From Minisyncoccota bacterium (GTDB lineage: Bacteria; Patescibacteriota; Minisyncoccia; Phycocordibacterales; UBA6065), in contig DASZXC010000003.1 in assembly GCA_035546035.1 (NCBI GenBank), positions 64,479-128,478 of the forward strand: DNA of 64,000 nt, read 5' to 3'. Shown in pieces: positions 19,572 to 27,428 of this stretch. The stretch's first letter is position 1. The number at the start of each line of letters is the position of its first letter. The notes below the pieces were generated by a model. The model was not told the origin of the DNA, searched no databases, and was given only the letters and a program-made list of their open reading frames with translations. The translations under genes were made by a program, and so were the position numbers.

Positions 19572-21858
19572 TCTTAAGTCTTAGCGAGTTTGCCACGACC
19601 GTAACACTCTCAAACGCCATTATTGCTCCTGCGATCGCAGGACTCAGTGTCCATCCGTAAAACGGGAACAAGATACCTGCCGCGACCGGAATACCGACCG
19701 AATTGTAGCCGAACGACCAGATGAGATTCTGCCAGACTGTTCGGTTTGTTTTCTTTGCGAGGTTTACCGCCTCCGCGACCTTTCCGATATCCCCGTTGAG
19801 TAGCACAATGTCAGAGCTTTCAATTGCGATGTCCGATCCGTCGCTCATCGAAATTGCTACATCCGCCTGTGCGAGCGCAGGTGAATCGTTCACGCCATCG
19901 CCGATCATTGCCACCTTAAGGCCCTTGGCTTGCAGATCTTTAATAATCTTGAGCTTATCCTCGGGCTTTACCTCTGCGAACACTTCGTCGATACCAAGCT
20001 CTTTTGCAACCGATTCACCGGTCTTTTTATTGTCGCCGGTAGCCATAATGATTTTGAGACCAAGCGATTTTAACTTTGCAATCTCCTGTGCCGCCGTAGA
20101 CTTTATGGTGTCGTGAATTTTAATAAGCGAGAGTACGTTCTCTGAATCGGAAAGGTATAGCTCCCGTCCGTTCTTGAACCGATCCTCATGGAAGTCATCT
20201 CTGATTTTTTGCTCTGAACGTCCTATAATCTCCGAAATATATCCAATTGAACCCAAGTAATATGTATTGCCGTCAAATTCTGCGGTTACGCCTTTGCCAG
20301 GCACCTCTTGGATATTCTTCATTTCGACCTTTTTTGCCTTAGATTCTCCGAGCCACACCGCTACACTTTGTGATACCGGATGCCTCGATGATTTAGTCAT
20401 GGAGTACGCAATAGATTGTTTGAATCTCTTATCTTCTTCATCGCACACATGATTTTTATCCTGACAAAAAATCCCTTCGATCGACAGCTTGTTTTCCGTA
20501 AGTGTGCCAGTCTTGTCGAACACGATTGCTTGCACCTTTGCTAATTTTTCAAGACTCTCCGCATTCTTGATAAGAATACCTCGGCGAGCTCCTGTACCCA
20601 CACCAGTGATGATTGCTGTTGGCGTTGCAAGACCAAGTGAGCATGGACAAGCAATGACAAGGACCGCCATTGTCGAAGAGATCGCCAGTGCGAGCGCCTT
20701 GGCAAATCCGAACGTGCCAGGAGCGAATATGAGCCATGAGGCGAAGGTGATGACCGCGAGGACGATCACGACATACACGAATACACCCGAGATCTTATCC
20801 GCAATTCGCTCAATCGGAGCCTTGGAATTTTGTGCACCCTCAACAATCTGGATGATATGTGCGAGGGCGGTATCCTTGCTATCCTTCTCTACCTTAATTT
20901 TGATTATTCCTTGAAAGTTTTGCGTTCCAGCAAACACCATGTCGCCTGACATCTTATCGACAGGCACGGACTCTCCGGTCAGATTCGATTCATCAATACT
21001 AGTGTTTCCGCTTATAATCCGGCCGTCGATAGGCACTCGTTCATTGGGCTTGATAATAACGATATCGCCGATCTCGACTTTTTCAATCGGTACCTCAACT
21101 TCCTTGCCGTCACGTTCTACCAAAGCAGACTTGCTTGAAAGCTCCGCGAGTTTTTGGAGCGCCTCATTTGTCTTTCTTTTTGCCCGAGCTTCGAGGAACT
21201 GGCCGAGTGCGATAAGACCGATGACGATAATGACTACATCATAAAAGTTTGAACTTACATCTAAAAAAGCAGACAAAGGTTTTTCAAAAGCCGTGACAGC
21301 AAAGGAATATATAAAGGCAACAATGGTGGAAATCCCGACAAGAGTATCCATGCTTGCCACACCCGTCTTTAGGAAAATCCATGTGGCGCGGATATATCTA
21401 CGCCCGATGCCAAAGAGTACGAATGAGGCGAAGATCGGCATAAGGTGATGGAATCCTTCATAAATCGTTTCTGACATCTCCGGTACTACGCCATTCTTTG
21501 CAAGCACATCCCAAATCATCATTACGAACGAGAAGATGACCATTGGAATGATGAACTTCATTTCAAAAGCCATTTTCTTTTCATCACCGCCATGATTCAT
21601 GCGAGCATGATCCATAGGCGACATGTTCATTTCAGCTGCCGATTTTGTAGTATCTTCAAACGAATATCCAAATGGGGTAATTGCGGAGTTTAATTCATTA
21701 AGACCCACTTCTTTATCCTTAAAAACAACCTTGGCTTTCTCGCTAGAAAGTCCGACAGAGACTGATTCTACACCGGAAACTTTAGCCACTTTGCTTTGAA
21801 TGAGTGAGACACAGCTCGCGCAGTGCATTCCTTTTACTTTGTAAATATTTTCTGCCAT
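19558..21858 (-). CDS. copA: copper-translocating P1B-type ATPase CopA
   Basis: HMA GMHCASC, CPC motif (IACPCSLGLATP), DKTGTLT phosphorylation site, GDGVNDSPAL hinge. Start taken at MAENIYKV. Confidence 0.85.
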   Translation of the reverse strand: MAENIYKVKGMHCASCVSLIQSKVAKVSGVESVSVGLSSEKAKVVFKDKEVGLNELNSAITPFGYSFEDTTKSAAEMNMSPMDHARMNHGGDEKKMAFEMKFIIPMVIFSFVMMIWDVLAKNGVVPEMSETIYEGFHHLMPIFASFVLFGIGRRYIRATWIFLKTGVASMDTLVGISTIVAFIYSFAVTAFEKPLSAFLDVSSNFYDVVIIVIGLIALGQFLEARAKRKTNEALQKLAELSSKSALVERDGKEVEVPIEKVEIGDIVIIKPNERVPIDGRIISGNTSIDESNLTGESVPVDKMSGDMVFAGTQNFQGIIKIKVEKDSKDTALAHIIQIVEGAQNSKAPIERIADKISGVFVYVVIVLAVITFASWLIFAPGTFGFAKALALAISSTMAVLVIACPCSLGLATPTAIITGVGTGARRGILIKNAESLEKLAKVQAIVFDKTGTLTENKLSIEGIFCQDKNHVCDEEDKRFKQSIAYSMTKSSRHPVSQSVAVWLGESKAKKVEMKNIQEVPGKGVTAEFDGNTYYLGSIGYISEIIGRSEQKIRDDFHEDRFKNGRELYLSDSENVLSLIKIHDTIKSTAAQEIAKLKSLGLKIIMATGDNKKTGESVAKELGIDEVFAEVKPEDKLKIIKDLQAKGLKVAMIGDGVNDSPALAQADVAISMSDGSDIAIESSDIVLLNGDIGKVAEAVNLAKKTNRTVWQNLIWSFGYNSVGIPVAAGILFPFYGWTLSPAIAGAIMAFESVTVVANSLRLKNAKL

Positions 21859-21862
21859 ATAT

Positions 21863-22138
21863 TTATTTTCGTTTGAGCTTATATACCCTGATAATTTCTT
21901 CCTTTGCTTTTTTAGTCTGACCAGAGTGCATCTGATGATGTACACAGTGATCCAGATGGTTTTCGAGGAGCATGTCTTCGACGTTGGACAGACCCTGCTT
22001 GACTGCCGATGTTTGGGTAATCACATCAATACAGTAGGTATCGTTTTCAACCATTTTCTGAAGTCCTCTAACCTGACCTTCTAAAAGTTTGAGACGGCGG
22101 ACTACTTTCGCCTTATTTTTGTCATCCATGTATTTCAT
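21863..22138 (-). CDS. csoR: CsoR/RcnR-family metal-sensing transcriptional repressor
   Basis: 91 aa with the conserved Cys/His metal-site arrangement (YCIDV...H..C) in a helical bundle. Confidence 0.7.
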   Translation of the reverse strand: MKYMDDKNKAKVVRRLKLLEGQVRGLQKMVENDTYCIDVITQTSAVKQGLSNVEDMLLENHLDHCVHHQMHSGQTKKAKEEIIRVYKLKRK

Positions 22139-22227
22139 ACTGAAAGTATATACCCCCTAGGGGGTATTGTAAAGCGAAGTTACCAACAGTCTGGACTCAT
22201 TTAAGGATCAGCGTCATCCATTAGTGT

Positions 22228-22563
22228 GTGAAAGATGACGATATCGAAGCAATCATAGATGCGGCAAAGCATTTCAAGTACCACGAGCCGAGTGGCACTA
22301 CGCCCTTTAACCGCATCTCAAAGCTCCCTGAATCAAAGCGTCATATGAAAATGGCGATCAAAGAAAGGATCAGGCTATTGGTCGCTTCGTACATCTCTCT
22401 AGCTTCTTTCATCGACGATGACCTCGTCGATTTTCTTGAATACGGAGACACCAAGAATCACAAGAGAAAAGTGATTCGAATATATAACAAAGTTTTTAGA
22501 GAGTTTGAAAAGTTGAGAAAAGAGATCAGTCAGTTTGATCCTTTTGAGGTTCCGAAGGAGTAG
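22228..22563 (+). CDS. hypothetical protein
   Basis: 111-aa ORF in the low-GC island. Confidence 0.3.
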   Translation: MKDDDIEAIIDAAKHFKYHEPSGTTPFNRISKLPESKRHMKMAIKERIRLLVASYISLASFIDDDLVDFLEYGDTKNHKRKVIRIYNKVFREFEKLRKEISQFDPFEVPKE

Positions 22564-23896
22564 ATCGCTTCTTTCTTTTCGGACGATTCGCTTTCATCTG
22601 CTCTCGGCGCAAGCGTCTAGCCTCGTCCTTCTTCTTTTGCTCTTCTTCGCGTGCCTTCATTTCTTCTGGAGGAACGATACGCAAATGATTCATGATCTTG
22701 TAGCCCTTGAGATGCTCGAATGGATCGATAAATTTATACCACTCCTCCATGTGATAGTAATCTTTGCCATCTTTGCCTCTCGTCTTCACTGACTGTGATT
22801 TCAGCATATCTTTCGGTGGCAAGAAGTCTTTGTTGTCCTCAATGAGGAACAGTTCGGTATGTACTCCTTTGCCGTATTGGCTCACTGTGCGAGATTTCAC
22901 GATTCCTTCCTTGACCCATTTGCGGAGCGCAGGAGAGGTGACGTTGAAATAATGATCAAAATCGTATCTGGTGTACCAACTATCCTTTTCTTTTGCCAGC
23001 GATGCAGGAATTTCTCCGTCATCAATAGCTTTCTGACAAACAAGGCACTTGATACCGTATTCGTCATACCAATTATCGCCCTCTTTGGTGTGGTCTCCAC
23101 AAATGAAGCAACCGTAACCAACACCTTCGAGATGGAATCCTTTCGGGTTTTCTTTGAGCTTCTCGTCCCTGCGTTTCTGTTCCTCCTCAAACTCCTTGCC
23201 TAGCCGTGCTAGTTGCTCCATTCTGTATTTTTCATCGCTATATTCGGCACCTTCTTCGGCGCTCATACAGAAGCGGTCTCGGTCTTTGGCGAAGTCAGGA
23301 TCAAAGTCGTCGTCTTTCTTTGAATGCCATTCGTATTCTTCTTTTTCGACATAACCACACTTCGGACACGTGAGAGTAGTGACCAATTTCTTTCCATCGT
23401 CATCCATCTTCTTATCGAGTTCGGTACTGCAATGGAGACAAAAAGTTGGCTTCACTCTCCATTCCTCGCCATCGGAGAAAAAGGCGCGGCGAGGGAGGCA
23501 TTTGTTCGGACAATCAAACATGAAAAAGACTCGATCGCCTTTCTTGTCGTCCGATTGAAGATCCTTGAAGGTTACCGTCAGCCGATTACGACATGTGAGG
23601 CAACGAATGTCTTCGGGAGGCTGGGCGTTTTCCAAAAGCTCGTCTCGTTTCTTGTCCCGATCCATCCATTCGCGGATCGTCTCGCTTTTCTTAAGGTACC
23701 TTTCGCCCATAGTGCCACGCAGGTATAACTTCTTTGCCCAAGCCTCGACTCTTTGAGCCTCTTCCTTGTCGAGCTTGCTGTCCTCGGGAAGTGGTGTTGG
23801 CTTATCGCAGATCTTCTCTATGCGACGGCAATCCTCTACGGTGCCTCGGTCATAGAGGTCGATATAGTATTGATGACTTTTGAGATGTTTCGTCAT
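22526..23896 (-). CDS. hypothetical multi-zinc-ribbon protein with basic C-terminus
   Basis: At least six CxxC pairs (CLTCRN, CPNKC, CLHCS, CPKCG, CFICGDH, CLVCQK) and a Lys/Arg-rich tail. Confidence 0.4.
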   Translation of the reverse strand: MTKHLKSHQYYIDLYDRGTVEDCRRIEKICDKPTPLPEDSKLDKEEAQRVEAWAKKLYLRGTMGERYLKKSETIREWMDRDKKRDELLENAQPPEDIRCLTCRNRLTVTFKDLQSDDKKGDRVFFMFDCPNKCLPRRAFFSDGEEWRVKPTFCLHCSTELDKKMDDDGKKLVTTLTCPKCGYVEKEEYEWHSKKDDDFDPDFAKDRDRFCMSAEEGAEYSDEKYRMEQLARLGKEFEEEQKRRDEKLKENPKGFHLEGVGYGCFICGDHTKEGDNWYDEYGIKCLVCQKAIDDGEIPASLAKEKDSWYTRYDFDHYFNVTSPALRKWVKEGIVKSRTVSQYGKGVHTELFLIEDNKDFLPPKDMLKSQSVKTRGKDGKDYYHMEEWYKFIDPFEHLKGYKIMNHLRIVPPEEMKAREEEQKKKDEARRLRREQMKANRPKRKKRSTPSEPQKDQTD

Positions 23897-23954
23897 TTAT
23901 CCACATTTTATCAATTCTAATAATAGATTTCACTTTGTTTCTCTTTCTTTTGTA

Positions 23955-24177
23955 GGTTAATTTCGTTAACCACTTTCGGTTAACCTAGTTCACCAGTTTT
24001 GGTTAACTTTCTTTACTAGGTGGATAAGTTTTCCACAGGTTGCCCTAATACTAGGTTTCTCTTTGTTTCCTTTATTTTGTGTGTCTACGTAGTAGACCGA
24101 TATCGGTCTACTTTCTAGACCACTTTTGGTCTACTAGCTAGACTAGTCTGAAATTTAGACTACTTTTTCCACAGCCA
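23955..24177. repeat. iteron/palindrome-rich regulatory region upstream of the serine recombinase gene
   Basis: GGTTAAC x4 (23955-24007). 22-bp perfect palindrome agtagaccgatatcggtctact (24091-24112). Further GGTCTAC/TAGACC copies, an agactagtct palindrome, and two TTTCCACAG copies (about 24030 and 24168). Confidence 0.5.
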
Positions 24178-24247
24178 GTTACCAACTTCGAGGGAGTATG
24201 GGACGCTCTGGACTCCTAGGGCGAGTTGCGTCATTCCTTGTGTTTGT

Positions 24248-25579
24248 ATGACAAAAATACAAACATTAGAGCCATTAGGGACTGCGGCCAAAGTAGCAAG
24301 CCCCATAAGGGTGAAATACTGCCTTTATGCAAGAAAGTCGTCAGAGTCAGAGGAAAGACAGGTTTTGAGCATCGACAGCCAGATCAAGGAAATGCTCCAA
24401 CTGGCTGAAAGAGAGGGGCTTGAGATCGTGAACATGAAGCGTGAATCGCACTCGGCTAAGGAGACTGGGCAACGACCAGTCTTCAACGAAATCGTGGATG
24501 AGATCAAGCAAGGCAAGTTCAATGGGATTTTGACGTGGGCACCTGACCGTATCTCAAGAAACGCAGGCGACCTCGGAAAGATCGTGGACTTGATGGATGC
24601 GGGAAAGCTCCATGAGATACGCACTTTCGGGCAGAGCTTCCGTAACAATCCGAACGAGAAGTTTCTCCTGATGATTCTCGGGTCACAAGCGAAGCTCGAA
24701 AACGATAATCGAGGCATCAATGTGAAGCGAGGGTTGCGAACGCGAGTGGAGATGGGATTGTGGCCAGGAATGGCACCGCTCGGATATTTGAATCAAAAGT
24801 TGATGGACAAGAAATGTCGGATAGTAATTGATCCCGAACGCGCACCGATCGTAAAGCAGATGTTCGAGAAAGTGGCATTTGATCTCTGGTCTGGTCGCAA
24901 GGTATACAACTGGCTCCGATTCGAGCTTAATTTCCACACCAGAGGAAATAGACCACTAACACTCTCTGGTGTGTACCGAATGCTTCAAATGCCGATTTAT
25001 TACGGACCCTTTGAGTATCCGAAGAATAGCGGCAACTGGTATCAAGGAACGCATGAGCCATTGATCACCGAAGAATTATTCAAGAAAGTGCAGGAACAAC
25101 TGAAGCGAGACAAAATCGTGCGCGAGAACAGAGAGTTTGCCTTCACCAAACTCTTCACTTGCGGCATGTGCGGATCGGGCATCACGGCGCAGGAAAAGTA
25201 CAAGGAACTCAAGGACGGCACGAATGCGAAATACGTCTACTACTCCTGCTCGAAAGCGAGAGACAGGAACTGCAAGAACAAATACATTCGTGAGGAAGAA
25301 TTGATTGAGGAATTGTTTAAGATCATCGACAAGCTGAACATGAATGAACTCGGAATGCGGATGAAGCTCGAAGAAGAAATAAAGCGATTCAATCGATTGC
25401 AGAGACTTGCAACTAAGGGCAAACCAAAGATGCAGATCGATGAGGACGATATTGCCACGCGCGAGTATGCGAAATACGTCCTGCGCGAGGGTACGCCGTT
25501 AGAGAAGCGAGGGCTGATGGGGCACCTGAGATCGAGGCTTGTGCTAAATGACAAGAAAATTAGCCTGATTGAAGAATAA
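24248..25579 (+). CDS. large serine recombinase (integrase)
   Basis: N-terminal resolvase catalytic domain (YARKSSESEERQ...SIDSQ, RISRN), recombinase domain, C-terminal zinc ribbon (CGMCG...C..C). Confidence 0.8.
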   Translation: MTKIQTLEPLGTAAKVASPIRVKYCLYARKSSESEERQVLSIDSQIKEMLQLAEREGLEIVNMKRESHSAKETGQRPVFNEIVDEIKQGKFNGILTWAPDRISRNAGDLGKIVDLMDAGKLHEIRTFGQSFRNNPNEKFLLMILGSQAKLENDNRGINVKRGLRTRVEMGLWPGMAPLGYLNQKLMDKKCRIVIDPERAPIVKQMFEKVAFDLWSGRKVYNWLRFELNFHTRGNRPLTLSGVYRMLQMPIYYGPFEYPKNSGNWYQGTHEPLITEELFKKVQEQLKRDKIVRENREFAFTKLFTCGMCGSGITAQEKYKELKDGTNAKYVYYSCSKARDRNCKNKYIREEELIEELFKIIDKLNMNELGMRMKLEEEIKRFNRLQRLATKGKPKMQIDEDDIATREYAKYVLREGTPLEKRGLMGHLRSRLVLNDKKISLIEE

Positions 25580-25602
25580 AAATATAAAAAGAATGAGCCT
25601 CC

Positions 25603-25632
25603 GCAAAAAATTTCGCGGAGGCTCAAGTATTC
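25603..25632. terminator. bidirectional hairpin terminator between recombinase and DGR target gene
   Basis: gagcctccgcg / cgcggaggctc 11-bp stem with A/T-rich loop. Confidence 0.55.
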
Positions 25633-25662
25633 AAGAGGGACAAGCCCTCAAGGGATCAAGAA

Positions 25663-26469
25663 TCACTTCCTGGCAGCCGACAACCCGAGGTTGTCGTGGC
25701 GGTGGTCATCCCAGTAGTAGTTGACGAAGAGCCCGCCGGAATCGAAGAGGCCGACGTAGACACGGCTACCGCCCGAGCCGAGACTGGAAGTCCGAACGTA
25801 AACGCCTTCGAAGAGTCGGACACCACGGACCTCGAAATAGGTCGTGATGAACCAACACATCTCGGCGGCGTTCGGCACCTTCTCGAGCGCGGAGAGAAGC
25901 TTGTTCTGCTCGTTCCACGTCTTGCTGGTCGAGCTCGAAACAGGCGTCTTCTTGATCAGGAGCCAGCCGAAGGACGTCTTGTCCTCGCGGGCGAACTTCT
26001 GGTCGGCATACCACCCACCCGTCTTCAAGTGGAAGTGGGCAGGCTGAATCTCCCGAACGTTGAGCGTGGACATCGCAGTGGGCGGCGCAGGCATGACGGC
26101 GTAGCCGTTTTCCTTGCACCACGTGAGCACGTCCTCCGACGGCAGACTTTCGGCCAGTGCCGTGATCTGCTCGGCGGTGTAAACGATTGCTCTGCGAGCT
26201 TTCATGACTTCTTCCGGCGTGATGAAATCCGCGCCGAGGATGGATTGCGCCAAACCGTAGTCGGGCGCTTTTGCCGAGAAGCGACGGATTCCTTCAGCGA
26301 GATACTCGGCGAAGCCGGGATGCTCGTTCAGGATCTGTGCGCTTTCGTCCTTGAGTCCCGCCTTGTTGTATTGGGCGCGGAACGTTTCGGTAGCTCTCTG
26401 TCCTTTCGGACTGTCTGCGGTTACCAGTGCAGACGTGTTCAATGATTTTTTCATCGACATCATCTCCAT
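25663..26469 (-). CDS. DGR target (variable) protein with C-terminal C-type-lectin-like variable region
   Basis: C-terminus RVYVGLFDSGGLFVNYYWDDHRHDNLGLSAARK corresponds codon-for-codon to the TR-encoded DGNRVNVGNFDSDGLNVNNYWDDNRNDNIGLSAARQ. Differences fall only at TR adenines. Confidence 0.8.
   Translation of the reverse strand: MEMMSMKKSLNTSALVTADSPKGQRATETFRAQYNKAGLKDESAQILNEHPGFAEYLAEGIRRFSAKAPDYGLAQSILGADFITPEEVMKARRAIVYTAEQITALAESLPSEDVLTWCKENGYAVMPAPPTAMSTLNVREIQPAHFHLKTGGWYADQKFAREDKTSFGWLLIKKTPVSSSTSKTWNEQNKLLSALEKVPNAAEMCWFITTYFEVRGVRLFEGVYVRTSSLGSGGSRVYVGLFDSGGLFVNYYWDDHRHDNLGLSAARK
25669..25783 (-). repeat. DGR variable repeat (VR)
   Basis: 115-nt match to the TR with 13 mismatches, all at TR adenines. 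GC-rich IMH-like 3' end gtcggctgccagg. Confidence 0.85.
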
Positions 26470-26910
26470 TTTGCTGATTTACCGAGAACGCTCGGAACGA
26501 CTTGCCTCTGATTGAGACGAGTTTTCTAAGCCCTGAATTAAGGCTCAAAAAGCTCGTCTCAACAGTGATTCTCTATCAAAGAACTACCTAGCTAGTATAG
26601 CAAAGAAATGGCTATTTGTCAATGGTTTTGGCGATCTGTCAATCTCTGCGCTATACTATCAGCATCTTGCTAATGTAGCTTGGATTACGGTTCAAGCTCG
26701 CGAGATATCTCACCTTGAGATATCGCCAGAGTACCAGTGGTTTACGGATCACGGTAGAGCGCGATTAAGGATAGAGAGAACTTCTTGTTCGCTTCTAGAG
26801 GAGATACTTTGAAAGAAGTTGCTCCCGAATAAAATTCAGAGATGGGAGGATATAGACCTGCAAAGGTAGTAAACCTCGATTCTCGGTGACACAGATGGGA
26901 GCGGGCAATA

Positions 26911-27025
26911 TCTCGACTCGGACGGTAACCGTGTCAACGTCGGCAACTTCGATTCCGACGGGCTCAACGTCAACAACTACTGGGATGACAACCGCAACGA
27001 CAACATCGGGTTGTCGGCTGCCAGG
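26911..27025 (+). repeat. DGR template repeat (TR), AAC-codon rich
   Basis: 28 adenines. 13 of them are substituted in the VR and none of the 87 non-A positions differ. Boundaries set where non-A mismatches begin. Confidence 0.85.
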
Positions 27026-27075
27026 CAGTCATAGCTCTATCCAAGGAAACTTCCGCCAAAAAGCGGAAGTTTCTG

Positions 27076-27426
27076 TTAACGATCCTTCGTTGACTTTATC
27101 CACCCTCCGAGCATTCTCCCTATTTCGTCGAGATTGGCTTCGATGATGATATATTTCTTAGCATCAATCGCTTTGACGTCTTTCATCAGGCGAATGCAGA
27201 CTCGCAGGAAATTAAGTTTAACGCTCGTCTTCTCCAAAGTCGGTAACTTCTCGGACTTGGACTGCTGACTTGCGAAAATAATACCTTCCAGTACATCAAT
27301 AAGAAGGCTTTCGCACTTTTGCCAGAGCGTATAGCGGTCTTGCTTGGGTACAGTAAGACGAAGATTATAGAAATCTTTGTAGAGGTCATAACTTTTCTTG
27401 AAAATCGGTATGTCTAAGTCATTCAT
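27076..27426 (-). CDS. avd: DGR accessory variability determinant (Avd, four-helix-bundle protein)
   Basis: 116 aa. C-terminal IIIEANLDEIGRMLGGWIKSTKDR resembles the bAvd tail (LIAEVGRILGSWIARVNRK). Helix-bundle profile. Confidence 0.75.
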   Translation of the reverse strand: MNDLDIPIFKKSYDLYKDFYNLRLTVPKQDRYTLWQKCESLLIDVLEGIIFASQQSKSEKLPTLEKTSVKLNFLRVCIRLMKDVKAIDAKKYIIIEANLDEIGRMLGGWIKSTKDR

Positions 27427-27428
27427 AT

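Noticed and set aside
26886-27146. 86-aa plus-strand ORF (MTQMGAGNIST...) covering the template repeat
   Set aside because: It is an out-of-frame reading of the TR and its flanks. TRs are non-coding templates, and the Thr/Ser-rich product is an artefact of the AAC-rich sequence.
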